In this document: positions 47,369-57,476 of the stretch, in pieces
Numbering within the stretch: position 1 is the first letter of the stretch
Layout of the letters: each line of letters starts with the position of its first letter
DNA from: Candidatus Saccharimonadia bacterium
GTDB taxonomy: Bacteria > Patescibacteriota > Saccharimonadia > Saccharimonadales > JALRHH01
Assembly (NCBI GenBank): GCA_023253175.1
Contig: JALRHH010000001.1
Span: 300,020 to 364,019, forward strand
Length of the DNA: 64,000 bases
Direction of reading: 5' to 3'
The notes under the pieces: generated by a model
Seen by the model: the letters and a program-made list of their open reading frames with translations, nothing else
Databases searched by the model: none
What the model was told of the DNA's origin: nothing
Made by a program: the position numbers and the translations under genes

Positions 47369-47908
47369 ATGAGTGCTACCAAGTTTGAAACACAGCCATA
47401 TAGTATTGGCGAATGGACGATCGCCCGACTGCCTGATGATATCAGCAAGCAATTGCCATCACGCAGTCAAGTGGCTATCATCGGAACTATTAATGACTAT
47501 GAATTCCGCACCGTATTGGAGCCAGATGGTAATTTCGGGCACTGGCTCCACATCACAGAGCAATTACAGAAGGACACGAAGATCCAGCCAGGGGATACAA
47601 TCACTGTAGAACTAGAAGTAACCAAAGATTGGCCAGAACCAACCATGCCAGACGACCTTGCGGCCGCTCTTAAAACAGCACCAGACAGGGTTAAAGAAAA
47701 ATGGCAAGACATTACACCCATGGCCCGTAATGAATGGGTCAGGTGGATTGGCGCAACCAATAATCTGGAAACCCGCGCAGTGCGCATAGAAAAGTCGATC
47801 TCAAAGCTAAACGGCAAGCACCGCAGACCGTGCTGCTTCAACCTTGCTGCATGTACGGTCATGGAAGTATCAAAAAGCGGCGTGTTACTACCACCAGCTA
47901 CGGCCTAA
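47369..47908 (+). CDS. DUF1905 / YdeI (OmpD-associated) family protein
   Basis: IIGTINDYEFRTVLEPDGNFGHWLHI (DUF1905-like) and a C-terminal TPMARNEWVRWIGATNNLETRAVRIEKSI. Confidence 0.6.
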   Translation: MSATKFETQPYSIGEWTIARLPDDISKQLPSRSQVAIIGTINDYEFRTVLEPDGNFGHWLHITEQLQKDTKIQPGDTITVELEVTKDWPEPTMPDDLAAALKTAPDRVKEKWQDITPMARNEWVRWIGATNNLETRAVRIEKSISKLNGKHRRPCCFNLAACTVMEVSKSGVLLPPATA

Positions 47909-48000
47909 TTGAAAATGCCTTCTGATATTAAGTATTTATCTCTGTTAATTCACTATAGTTTTTAAAGCTTTACTGGTATAATAACCATAAGCAGAAGGCT

Positions 48001-51000
48001 ATGGGTGAGATAAAAACTAAGTCAACAAAACAGCGACTATTTTCGCTTGGTGTGAGATTATTCGTGCTTGCTATTGCAGCAGGCTATTTCGTATTTGCTA
48101 CCTCTGTGCATGCACTTGATTTTGCGCATGACCAAACGCTGACAGTGCCGAGCACCACATCAGCCAACCGTGTCGGTGACAGTGTTGCCGCAACAAGTAA
48201 TTATCTTGCATCAGGTTCACCACTGGATGACACATTAGGTGCAGACGCCGGTGCTGTCTATTTATACGAAAAGGCTGGATCAACCTGGACATACAGACAA
48301 AAAATTACTGCAAGCGATGGCGCAGCTGGTGATCAGTTTGGCTACTCACTAGCAATGAATGGTACGACATTGCTCGTCGGATCACCATATGATGATCTCG
48401 TTAGTACAACTGATGCCGGATCCGTCTACAGCTTCGACTTAGACAACGGTACGTGGCTGCAGACCGAGAAAATTACTATGCAAACCCCCGTTAACTATGA
48501 ACGGTTCGGGACATCAGTCGATATGACTAGCACCAGGGCGGCAGTAGGCGTTCCAGGATATAACGGGGCGACTTCCGCTACAAACTTTGGCCGTGGTGCC
48601 GTCAGTATTTGGGACCGCTCCGGCATTAACTGGACAGGGCAGTATTTGTACGCATACACCTCACCGATTACCGCCACAAGATTAGCTGCGTTTGGCTACT
48701 CTGTATCAATATCGGGTGACAAAATTGCAGCAGGCGCTCCACGGGACCATGCCGCAAACTCATCACTCGGCAATGCCGGTAGCATGTCCGTAATTACATA
48801 TAACAGTGGTACTTTGACTTGGTCATCGGAAGCACGCTTTATAGCCTCAACCCCGGTGGCCAGCGATATGTACGGCAACAGTGTAGACATTCAAGGTAAT
48901 ACGCTCGTAACGGCAAACTACGCCATTGCCGCCACCACTCCTCGAATCTATACCTACACGTTTTCAGGAGGTAGCTGGTCAGCAGCAACTGTCATCATAC
49001 CAACAACGGTCGCGAGTTCTAGCAAGCGCTACATTGGCCAGGCTATGGATATTGCCAGCGACGAATCATCCATACTTATTGGGTCATACATCACGGTTGG
49101 CAGCACCGACTTTGTTGGACGCGTATTTGTACTAAAGCCAAATGAGACGACATCCGTATGGGAGCAAGCCCAGGAGATATCATCACCAACCTCGCCATCA
49201 GATGCTGGTTGGTTTGGTTATGATGTCACGTACTCCGGACTAAACCCAGTTATCGGATCACCGATGGTGGTAGCCGCTGCAAACACCAGGGGCGCCGTTT
49301 ATACCTACACAGGTGGTGACGGTACGCCTCCAACGATTACACTTTCTTCTACGTTCAGCAGTTATACGAACTCGTCGTTTATTGTGACCGCTGATTTGTC
49401 GGAACCAGTTATCGGCTTTGCTCAGGACGATATCACTGTGACGAGCGGGGCGACAATAGGTAATTTCACACAAGTAAATCCAACCCAGTACACCTTCAGG
49501 GTCTCACCAAGTGATGATAAACAGTACACAGTCGGTATTGATGCAGGACGTATGCAAGATGCAGCCGGAAACCTCAACACCGCAAGCAATAGCCTTGTCC
49601 GGACGTATGACACAACAGCGCCGGCTGCCACCGTTTTAACGCCAACTCAGAATACGCATTTCAATACATCCACGATTACTGCAAGCGTCCGAATAAACGA
49701 CGCTAACGGCAACCTTAGTGGGCTCACCAGTGACGATATCACGATCACCAATGGTACCATCAGCGACTTTAGCACCTCAAATGTTAGTACATACATAACC
49801 GGTACATTCACTATTACACCAACCAGCCAAGGTCCGATCACGTTCTATGTAGAAGACGGCGCTGTCGCGGATCAGGCGGGAAACGCAAGTACTGCCAGTA
49901 CCACTCGAACCATTCATTACGATACAGCCAAGCCAACTCCATCGTTCTCGATAAGTGCCAACCCAACCAATGCGTCGCCGTTTGCCGTGACACTGAACTT
50001 TGACGAATCAGTCGCCAATATAAACGATGTATCATTGGCTCAAATTGCCATCACCAACGGCACCGCTAGTAACTTTGACCGCGTCAGCGACCAGCAGTAT
50101 ACGTTTGACGTAACACCAGGAACTATTGGTACGGTAGGCATAAGCTACGCCGCAAACCAAGTTAATGACAAGGCAGGAAACAGCAACACCGCTGCCTCGC
50201 TAGATGTAGAGTTCGATAACTTCGGCCCTGAAATTACCATCGATTCGGCAGCTGCGAACCCCACGAACCAAGCGCCAATCACATTTAGCGTGACCGCTTC
50301 AGAACCCATTACTGGGCTAACTGGCAGTGACTTTGACATCACAAATGGGACCGGCGCATCATTTACGCAGCAATCAAGCACCAACTATACGCTCGTCATA
50401 AACCCTGACAATAACGGCACGGTTGCAGTCAGTCTGCCTGCAGGCCGCGCGAACGACGGAGTCGGTAACGGAAACCAGCTATCTAATACCAAGACGGTTG
50501 TATATGACACCGTACGGCCAAGCGCCTCAATCACGCATTCATATATCTCACCGACCAATGCGTCGCCACTGAACTACACGATACGATTCTCGGAGGCCGT
50601 TACTGATCTTACGAGCAGCAATATCAGTCTCACGAATGCAACATTTGTATCACTGAACAAAGTAGACAGCCGCGAATACACACTACAGATAACACCACTT
50701 GGCGGTACTGTCACGGTTCGGGTAAAGGACAGTGCAGTGCAAGACGCAGCCGGAAATCTCAGCCGGGAAGATATCAGCACCCTGACCTCAGATATTAGTG
50801 CGCCAACTGGTACCGTTAATCCGCTGCATACCAACAACACGCGGCCCGCCCTCAGTGGGACAATCAGCGAACAAGCCGATTCTGTAACAGCTACCATCAA
50901 TGGCACCACATTCAGTGCGACCGTTAATAACAGTAATCTGACCTGGTCGGTGGCAGCCGGGCAATTCGGACCGCTCAGTGATGGCACATACAATGTGGTA

Positions 51001-52821
51001 CTTGCGATCGTAGACCGCGCCACCAATAACGGAACTGACACGACCAACAATGAACTTGTCGTAGATACCGATCAGCCCGTCCTCACAATCAGTGCCGGCA
51101 GCAGTACCACCAATCAATCGCCAGTGCTGTTTAATGTATCAAGTAGTCGGGACGTCAGTGGACTCAGTGCGTCAGACTTCACCGTAACGGGCGGTACGAT
51201 TAGCCTCGTCACAACCATAGCACAAGACACATACGAAGTAGCCGTGAGCCCAACCGCTGATGGCCAGATTACGTTGCAGCTGAACGCCAATACTGTCATT
51301 GACGACGCAGGGAATCAAAACCCGGCCAGCAACACGGCCGAATCTATCTATGACGCCTCACGCCCTTCTATTACGCTTAGCAGTGATAGTGGACCTGTTA
51401 GTGGACCATTTGATATCGCCGTCACTACCAGCGAGGAAGTTCAGGGTCTGACGGCAGGTGACGTATCAGTCACGCGCGGTAGTGTAATTAGTCTTGTTAA
51501 AAACTCCGACATGCAGTACACGCTGAGGATCCAGCCAACCACTGTCGGCCAGGTCATCGTACAGATTCCCGCGGCCAGCGCCACTGATGCCGCCGGCAAT
51601 ACCAACACTGTATCTAATAGCATTCAAAGACTATATGACAACGTGCCGCCAGGCACTCCAACCATTACAAGCCAGGTCGTAGAAGACCGCCAGCCGACAC
51701 TCAGCGGCACATTTGATGCCGTAAATACATCCGTTCTACGAGTCGTCGTCGGGTCACGTACCTACAGTTCGACCACACCCGGGACACCACTTGTGTTAAA
51801 CGGCAGCCAGTGGGAACTAGATTTTTCAACTACGGCTACAAAGCTGGAATTTGGTGTCTATGATGTCAGAGTAACCGCATTTGACGCAGCAGGAAATAGC
51901 GCCCAGGACCTAACTCAAAACGAGCTCACGATCAACAGTGCTGGCACGATAACCGGCACTGTCGACACTCAGATTACAGCTAATACTCGCCCAGCATTGA
52001 GTGGTACCGTTAGCCTAGTTGATGCCACTATTAAGGTCAAGCTACTCGATAACGTCTATGACGCAGTCAATAACCGTGACGGTTCATGGTCACTCGACAG
52101 CGGTATCATCGGACCGCTCAGTGATGGTGCTTATAATGTCGAACTCACATTTGCAGAAGGCAATATGGAGGGAACCGACACTACGACTAATGAACTAACC
52201 ATCGATACTGCTGCGCCGCGTGGTACCTTCACTCGTATCGTTACGACCAAGACATCTCCGCGTTTAAATGGCACCATCGATACAACTGGCACAAGGGTAC
52301 AGATAGAAATAGAGGGTCATGTCTATGAAGCAACCGTATCTGGTATGCAGTGGTCAATCGCCGAAGGTACGATTAATCCGGCGCTTGCTATTGGTGTGTA
52401 TAACGCGATCATGTACCTGGAACGAAATGGCAATCAAGCAGTAGAAGTTGTTCGCCGGGCTGTGACCGTCCAGTCGGAAACTATTCCGCCAGTCACGCCA
52501 AACCCGCAGCCTCCTACAACCGGACCAACCACGCCCAAGCCAGGAACCCAAAAACCTACTACGCCGCAACCGACATCCGAAGCACCTAAACCAGAAGAAT
52601 CCAAAATTAAAGACGAGGTAATACATTCGCAGCAGCCAGCCATCAAGCCGGTATTACCAGTAGACAAAACAGACGCAGAAATTGGCAAAACAAAATCACT
52701 TCTAACCACGATTGCCACCGCCTGTGCGGTCGCTGCGGCAATAGCCGGGGGCAGCGGAGCATTCCTCATCGGATGGAAACGCCGCAAAAAGAAAGACCAA
52801 GAAGACCAACAAATGGTCTAG
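48001..52821 (+). CDS. giant cell-surface protein (1606 aa): signal anchor, FG-GAP-like beta-propeller repeats, about 12 Ig-like repeats, Pro/Thr linker, C-terminal TM anchor
   Basis: N-terminal hydrophobic segment. Repeats of the form G(D/Y)S(V/L)..G..L(A/V)(S/G)(S/A)P.DD....GAVY. Reiterated modules of about 95 aa joined by YDT(T/A/V)xP. PPVTPNPQPPTTGPTTPKPGTQKPTTPQP, then a TM helix and KRRKKK. No LPXTG motif. Confidence 0.8.
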   Translation: MGEIKTKSTKQRLFSLGVRLFVLAIAAGYFVFATSVHALDFAHDQTLTVPSTTSANRVGDSVAATSNYLASGSPLDDTLGADAGAVYLYEKAGSTWTYRQKITASDGAAGDQFGYSLAMNGTTLLVGSPYDDLVSTTDAGSVYSFDLDNGTWLQTEKITMQTPVNYERFGTSVDMTSTRAAVGVPGYNGATSATNFGRGAVSIWDRSGINWTGQYLYAYTSPITATRLAAFGYSVSISGDKIAAGAPRDHAANSSLGNAGSMSVITYNSGTLTWSSEARFIASTPVASDMYGNSVDIQGNTLVTANYAIAATTPRIYTYTFSGGSWSAATVIIPTTVASSSKRYIGQAMDIASDESSILIGSYITVGSTDFVGRVFVLKPNETTSVWEQAQEISSPTSPSDAGWFGYDVTYSGLNPVIGSPMVVAAANTRGAVYTYTGGDGTPPTITLSSTFSSYTNSSFIVTADLSEPVIGFAQDDITVTSGATIGNFTQVNPTQYTFRVSPSDDKQYTVGIDAGRMQDAAGNLNTASNSLVRTYDTTAPAATVLTPTQNTHFNTSTITASVRINDANGNLSGLTSDDITITNGTISDFSTSNVSTYITGTFTITPTSQGPITFYVEDGAVADQAGNASTASTTRTIHYDTAKPTPSFSISANPTNASPFAVTLNFDESVANINDVSLAQIAITNGTASNFDRVSDQQYTFDVTPGTIGTVGISYAANQVNDKAGNSNTAASLDVEFDNFGPEITIDSAAANPTNQAPITFSVTASEPITGLTGSDFDITNGTGASFTQQSSTNYTLVINPDNNGTVAVSLPAGRANDGVGNGNQLSNTKTVVYDTVRPSASITHSYISPTNASPLNYTIRFSEAVTDLTSSNISLTNATFVSLNKVDSREYTLQITPLGGTVTVRVKDSAVQDAAGNLSREDISTLTSDISAPTGTVNPLHTNNTRPALSGTISEQADSVTATINGTTFSATVNNSNLTWSVAAGQFGPLSDGTYNVVLAIVDRATNNGTDTTNNELVVDTDQPVLTISAGSSTTNQSPVLFNVSSSRDVSGLSASDFTVTGGTISLVTTIAQDTYEVAVSPTADGQITLQLNANTVIDDAGNQNPASNTAESIYDASRPSITLSSDSGPVSGPFDIAVTTSEEVQGLTAGDVSVTRGSVISLVKNSDMQYTLRIQPTTVGQVIVQIPAASATDAAGNTNTVSNSIQRLYDNVPPGTPTITSQVVEDRQPTLSGTFDAVNTSVLRVVVGSRTYSSTTPGTPLVLNGSQWELDFSTTATKLEFGVYDVRVTAFDAAGNSAQDLTQNELTINSAGTITGTVDTQITANTRPALSGTVSLVDATIKVKLLDNVYDAVNNRDGSWSLDSGIIGPLSDGAYNVELTFAEGNMEGTDTTTNELTIDTAAPRGTFTRIVTTKTSPRLNGTIDTTGTRVQIEIEGHVYEATVSGMQWSIAEGTINPALAIGVYNAIMYLERNGNQAVEVVRRAVTVQSETIPPVTPNPQPPTTGPTTPKPGTQKPTTPQPTSEAPKPEESKIKDEVIHSQQPAIKPVLPVDKTDAEIGKTKSLLTTIATACAVAAAIAGGSGAFLIGWKRRKKKDQEDQQMV

Positions 52822-52863
52822 TTGACTCGCTTTAAAACATGAACCAGCCTATACTTAAAGGAT

Positions 52864-53169
52864 ATGGATCTCAAAAAATTTCGCTGGTCTCGCGTCTATG
52901 AATCTTCTGAAGAAGAACTGCAGGATTACTTAGACGGCAAAGGCCTTGAGGCAGAACGATGGGCTGCAGAAGAATTTCATGACTTTGGCGGACAGACATT
53001 TAATCATGACACGACTATTTTCTGCGCAGAAGGTGGCCTCGTCTTTGAAATAGATAATCAAAAGATATCTTTGCAGCCTGGTGACGCACTCCACATCCCC
53101 GCAAACTACGCCTTCGCAGCAGTAGCCGGCATGACCGGCTGCGTCTGCTACGAAGTCACTCATCACTAA
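52864..53169 (+). CDS. cupin-domain protein (101 aa)
   Basis: Beta-barrel-like G..F.I.....L.PGDALHIPAN pattern. Confidence 0.55.
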   Translation: MDLKKFRWSRVYESSEEELQDYLDGKGLEAERWAAEEFHDFGGQTFNHDTTIFCAEGGLVFEIDNQKISLQPGDALHIPANYAFAAVAGMTGCVCYEVTHH

Positions 53170-53325
53170 ACCGCTACCGCACCATTGGTAAAAGTTTTTT
53201 TTTAGGACGGAGCTGGAATGGTTAATTTGCGGGTCTTCGTCCAGTAGTCCAGTAAGCCTCCCAAGGCTTACTGACTGCTTATCCGGACACTACTCAATTG
53301 GATGCAGTTTTGTTAGAATAGTTAT

Positions 53326-54009
53326 ATGACCAATATACTTGCTGCAAGGCGTATATACGAACTTCGCATAAAACCGACCTTAAAGTTTTACTCCGAACTA
53401 ACAGATATCGCTTCGGAATTCGAAGAAAGCTACCCCGAGTGGGAGTCGAATAACAACCCCAAGCGGACACAGCTTAAAAACCCAGATAATTACACCATTG
53501 CTAGGTTTGATAATAATTCACTGAGCTTTATAGACGAAGATAAAGAAAGTGATGATATCGAAAAGGTAGCCCAAAAACTCACAAGTATACTTGGCGAAAG
53601 GTACGATATTAAAGAGTACCAAAGAATCGGGGCACGGACCATCAACTATTACGAAACTCGTGACTCCTTTCCGCAGCTTGTCGAGAAATTTCAGCAGAAA
53701 TACTATAAAGATGGTAAGGAGATGTTTTCTGGCATCGTTGACGAACTTACCGACACGTCTATAACAGTGAAGGCCATCAAAAACTCCCTCAACTGCACCA
53801 TAACAATGGGACCAATGACTTTTGAGGAATCAGTTGATCATTATGGTTCAATGTTTGATCACGGCTTTAAGAATTCAGATAAAAACTACATTTATATTGA
53901 TGTAGATACTTGGATTCTTGAACCCAAAAGCAGTGAGGTAAAAAAATTGACCAGCGAAGCCATTAAGACATCCCAAGAACTAAACAAAGCTTTATTTGAA
54001 AATTTCTAG
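53326..54009 (+). CDS. hypothetical protein (227 aa), AT-rich module gene 1
   Basis: ORF only. Its composition is noticeably AT-richer than the flanks. Confidence 0.5.
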   Translation: MTNILAARRIYELRIKPTLKFYSELTDIASEFEESYPEWESNNNPKRTQLKNPDNYTIARFDNNSLSFIDEDKESDDIEKVAQKLTSILGERYDIKEYQRIGARTINYYETRDSFPQLVEKFQQKYYKDGKEMFSGIVDELTDTSITVKAIKNSLNCTITMGPMTFEESVDHYGSMFDHGFKNSDKNYIYIDVDTWILEPKSSEVKKLTSEAIKTSQELNKALFENF

Positions 54010-54010
54010 C

Positions 54011-54550
54011 ATGGGTACCATCGGAAGTAACAGCCCCACATTCAATAATCTCCTCGAGGATAAATCTCCTTCAAGCCTGGCGGCAACAGGCTACAGCAGC
54101 ACCTACTATAGCTATAGTGACACGTCTAAGAGCGATCTCAGCGAGATTACTGACGGAGTAAAAACCCAGAAGATGAAGTGGGAGACCAAGGCTCAGGGCT
54201 CCTCGATATACTCAAAAAAAGAGAAAGAGCACCTAGAGTACTATATTGAAAAGCAAAAAGAGCTACTAAGGAAATATACCGATCATCCTAGTGATACAGA
54301 TGAAACACTGTTAAAGATGATAGATCTCAGCGGCATATATGCCGACATAGTCTATAAGCAGCAATACTTCTATAAAGCTCTTTTAACTACAAAGTTGTAT
54401 TTAGAGAACAACTTTGAAAAAGATAATTTTAGTCCGGTGAAGACAAAATCATTACTTGAGCTTACTGCCAAGCTGGAGAACAGCAGAGAATCTTATAAGA
54501 AATTCGCAGAGAAGCTGGTTGAGGAAAATATTGGGCTCACGAAAAAATAA
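54011..54550 (+). CDS. hypothetical protein (about 179 aa), AT-rich module gene 2
   Basis: ATG 54011 lies 1 nt after the upstream stop. An alternative ATG at 53996 overlaps the upstream gene by 14 nt. Confidence 0.45.
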   Translation: MGTIGSNSPTFNNLLEDKSPSSLAATGYSSTYYSYSDTSKSDLSEITDGVKTQKMKWETKAQGSSIYSKKEKEHLEYYIEKQKELLRKYTDHPSDTDETLLKMIDLSGIYADIVYKQQYFYKALLTTKLYLENNFEKDNFSPVKTKSLLELTAKLENSRESYKKFAEKLVEENIGLTKK

Positions 54551-54552
54551 CT

Positions 54553-55425
54553 ATGTCTGTCTCTAGCAAAAAGAAGGTCAAGTATCTATTTGACACCACT
54601 GTCTACTATCATCTCTTTGAATATAGCGAAGACTTTCAACAGTTCCTTGATGATAAATTTATTAATAACGGTAGGACTTACACCCTCAACCTTGTGCTGC
54701 TTGAGCTCAGAATAGGTCTGATAAAAACTTTCATAGAGTATTATCAGATGGTCGAAAGATTAAGAGACGCAAAAAAAGCGCACACAATCTTTAGGCGTAG
54801 GTCTGGAAACTTTAATCGTGACTACCAAAAAGTAACCATATTAACTGAGAACATCCTTCCTTCCGTGGACACAGTAATAAACAATGGAGATATCAATAAG
54901 TATCTAGCGCAGCTTGAGGCTGCAATATCAAACACAGCGATAAAGATCAGAAAGCTAACGGGTAATGTTAGGGGTGAATTCGCAGACCACCAGCTCCTCA
55001 AATTTGATTTACTGGAGGCGAGTGAATATCCTGATTACATTAAAGTTTGCGAAGATATGAAGTTTAAACTGCCATTTAATGAATTCTTCGCCTCATACCC
55101 CCGGGAACTCAGTGAGCTACACGATAAGCTACAAAATGCAGATCGAGCCGAGCTTAGCACTAAAGTTCTTGAATACATCGACACGCTATGTGAAAAATTA
55201 GAAACTGTAGTTAATGAACCTAGCAACGCGTTAAAAAAGGGAACGTATTCTAAAATGGGAGATATTGCCATTATGCTGAACCTGTGGTGCCTTGGAATGG
55301 GCAAAGTTACCACTATATCAAATGACAAGTCATACCGAACCGTATCCAAGTTGCTAACCAAACCCCACTATGACTATAGCCTAGAGTTATCAAAGATTGT
55401 CGAAGAGTGGGAACATAAAGACTAG
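54553..55425 (+). CDS. hypothetical protein, possible PIN-like nuclease fold (290 aa), AT-rich module gene 3
   Basis: YLFDTTVYYH (strand-Asp), LVLLELRIG and TTISNDKSY are spaced like PIN acidic residues. The functional assignment is weak. Confidence 0.4.
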   Translation: MSVSSKKKVKYLFDTTVYYHLFEYSEDFQQFLDDKFINNGRTYTLNLVLLELRIGLIKTFIEYYQMVERLRDAKKAHTIFRRRSGNFNRDYQKVTILTENILPSVDTVINNGDINKYLAQLEAAISNTAIKIRKLTGNVRGEFADHQLLKFDLLEASEYPDYIKVCEDMKFKLPFNEFFASYPRELSELHDKLQNADRAELSTKVLEYIDTLCEKLETVVNEPSNALKKGTYSKMGDIAIMLNLWCLGMGKVTTISNDKSYRTVSKLLTKPHYDYSLELSKIVEEWEHKD

Positions 55426-55483
55426 GTGGGACTTTGTATTTGTCCTGTATGTTTCATGCAGGACAAACTTTCATAGCATCAAA

Positions 55484-56161
55484 TCATCTATTTTCTGGAT
55501 GGATTTGTTCATCCAGGATGCGTTTTACTTCCTCTGGAGTAAGTACAAGATCTCTAGGTGATCCATGAATTTTTGATCTGAATATCGGCTTATAGCTACT
55601 TAGCATACGCTCATAGATCTCGTTAACCATACTGTGTGAATTTAAGTGCGGAGTCACGTCCAATGGCTTAACGTTCGTAAAGCTTCCATTATCAACTAGG
55701 AAATTAACATACCCCAGATAGCCATCACCAGCATTGCCGTCAAAGCCAGGGAACATAACATCTTCTTTGATATCATCATCCATATTATGAATATTGGCTG
55801 CGTGCTGGAGGGAAGAGTACATGTTTAGTACGTCTATCACGAACTGAGCGCCTTCGGCATCTAGCTCATCCCTCCGGGCAATTTCTTCTGCACCATAGTA
55901 GTCCGATGTATAGCCTTTACGAAGGGCGTCCAATAATTCATTGTGCTGAAGATCTGCATCACCCACCAGTTTCTTCAACATAATATTGTTTTCGAGCGAT
56001 AATACTATGCCAGTACGCTCCCAATAACGAGGCCTTTGCGATAACTCCAGTCTTATTGCATCCCTAATAAAATCGCTAACACTGCCATAATCTCCTTTTA
56101 AAACCGCCTCCCTCACTTCATGTTCCAGGTTATCAGGAAGGGTTATCGTAAATTGTCCCAT
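55484..56161 (-). CDS. ribbon-helix-helix (CopG/Arc) domain fused to a YfbU-like domain
   Basis: N-terminal FTITLPDNLEHEVREAVLKGDYGSVSDFIRDAIR has the RHH pattern. The remainder resembles UPF0304/YfbU. Confidence 0.6.
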   Translation of the reverse strand: MGQFTITLPDNLEHEVREAVLKGDYGSVSDFIRDAIRLELSQRPRYWERTGIVLSLENNIMLKKLVGDADLQHNELLDALRKGYTSDYYGAEEIARRDELDAEGAQFVIDVLNMYSSLQHAANIHNMDDDIKEDVMFPGFDGNAGDGYLGYVNFLVDNGSFTNVKPLDVTPHLNSHSMVNEIYERMLSSYKPIFRSKIHGSPRDLVLTPEEVKRILDEQIHPENR

Positions 56162-56286
56162 TTAATCTCCACTGTTTTACACTGTAATAATGTATAACAC
56201 TGTAGTACTTCTCAGCCTATGCGTCAAGAATCAAAACAGCGGAGCAACCTTGTACACCTGAAGTATTGACAAGCACGATTACAGAA

Positions 56287-56305
56287 TATACCCTGTAGGG
56301 GTATA
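56287..56305. promoter_or_regulatory. CsoR-type operator overlapping the promoter of the DUF4396-csoR-DUF305 operon
   Basis: TATACCCTGTAGGGGTATA is a GC-tract inverted repeat of the kind bound by CsoR-family repressors. It lies between -35-like TTACAG (56279-56284) and -10-like TATAAG (56302-56307). Confidence 0.5.
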
Positions 56306-56320
56306 AGTAAGGGGAATGTA

Positions 56321-56821
56321 GTGGAGCACTCACATCATGAACATCACCACGATCATGCAGCTCGTGACAACAAAACTATGGCGGTCAGTGCCACGCTACA
56401 TTGCCTGACGGGCTGCGCGATCGGTGAAGTATTAGGCCTGGTGACCGGAACGGCCTTTGGATTAAGTAATTTTATTACGACACTGCTGGCAGTTGGATTA
56501 GCATTTGTCTTTGGATTTGGCCTATCAACATTACCACTGCTGAAAGCAGGTATAAAGTTCGGTGCTGCACTATCACTCGTTGCGGCAGCCGATACGCTAT
56601 CTATTGCCACCATGGAGATCATTGATACTGTAGTTATGTTCACGATACCAAACGCAATGCACGCCGGACTTACCGATCCGCTATTTTGGATCAGTATGCC
56701 AATTGCGTTAACTGCAGCTTTTTTTGCCGCGCTACCCGTGAATAGCTACCTGATCAAAAAGAATAAAGGGCACATGATTACTATGAATGCCGTAGGAGGA
56801 CATCACCATGGATCACACTAA
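56321..56821 (+). CDS. DUF4396-family membrane protein with a His-rich N-terminus
   Basis: GTG start followed by HSHHEHHHDH. LHCLTGCAIGEVLG motif. 4 TM helices. Confidence 0.7.
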   Translation: MEHSHHEHHHDHAARDNKTMAVSATLHCLTGCAIGEVLGLVTGTAFGLSNFITTLLAVGLAFVFGFGLSTLPLLKAGIKFGAALSLVAAADTLSIATMEIIDTVVMFTIPNAMHAGLTDPLFWISMPIALTAAFFAALPVNSYLIKKNKGHMITMNAVGGHHHGSH

Positions 56822-57095
56822 AACATACGGCTATGCCGAGAATAAACAGGCCATACAGAAACGCCTACGTAGGATCGAAGGACAGGCGCGCGGAATCGCC
56901 AAAATGGTTGAAGAAGATAAGTACTGTGTTGATATCCTTACCCAAGTAAGTGCTGCCAAGGCGGCGCTTGATAAGGTTGCAGTCGAGCTAATCAAAGATC
57001 ATGCGAGGCACTGTCTATCAAATGATGATATCCATTCACGTAGCCACGAAGATAAAGCCGAAGAGCTGGCATATGCTATTAGCAGGATGCTGTAG
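56808..57095 (+). CDS. csoR: CsoR/RcnR-family metal-sensing repressor
   Basis: LRRIEGQARGIAKMVEEDKYCVDILTQVSAAKAAL..HARHC, carrying the Cys-His-Cys ligand set. Confidence 0.85.
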   Translation: MDHTKTYGYAENKQAIQKRLRRIEGQARGIAKMVEEDKYCVDILTQVSAAKAALDKVAVELIKDHARHCLSNDDIHSRSHEDKAEELAYAISRML

Positions 57096-57104
57096 GAGAA
57101 AACA

Positions 57105-57476
57105 ATGGAAACGAAATCATTATTGTACGGATTGATCGGATTCTTTATCGGAGGGCTATTGGTATCAGTTGCTGTTACGACATTCGATAAGCCAGAGAGC
57201 GTAAGCACAAGCCATCAATCAGAAAGCATGACCATGCATGACATGTCAGAGATGCTGAAAGGTAAAAACGGGGATGATTATGATAAGGCATTCCTGTCGG
57301 GTATGATCGAACACCATGAAGGCGCCCTAGACATGGCAATGCAATCAGAACAAAGCGCAAAACATGATGAGATCAAGCAACTATCAAAAGACGTAGTCAC
57401 GGCCCAGCAAAACGAAATTGCCAAAATGAAACAGTGGCAGCAGGAGTGGGGCTACGAATCAATACATTCTCATTAA
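57105..57476 (+). CDS. DUF305-family protein, membrane-anchored
   Basis: N-terminal TM helix and DKAFLSGMIEHHEGALDMA. Confidence 0.75.
   Translation: METKSLLYGLIGFFIGGLLVSVAVTTFDKPESVSTSHQSESMTMHDMSEMLKGKNGDDYDKAFLSGMIEHHEGALDMAMQSEQSAKHDEIKQLSKDVVTAQQNEIAKMKQWQQEWGYESIHSH

Noticed and set aside
53190-53300. Structured-looking segment with stems GGACG..CGTCC and AGTAAGCC-TCCCAA-GGCTTACT between the cupin gene and the AT-rich module
   Set aside because: It could be a terminator or a small RNA, but I cannot match it to any known RNA family by eye and it occurs only once. The evidence is insufficient.
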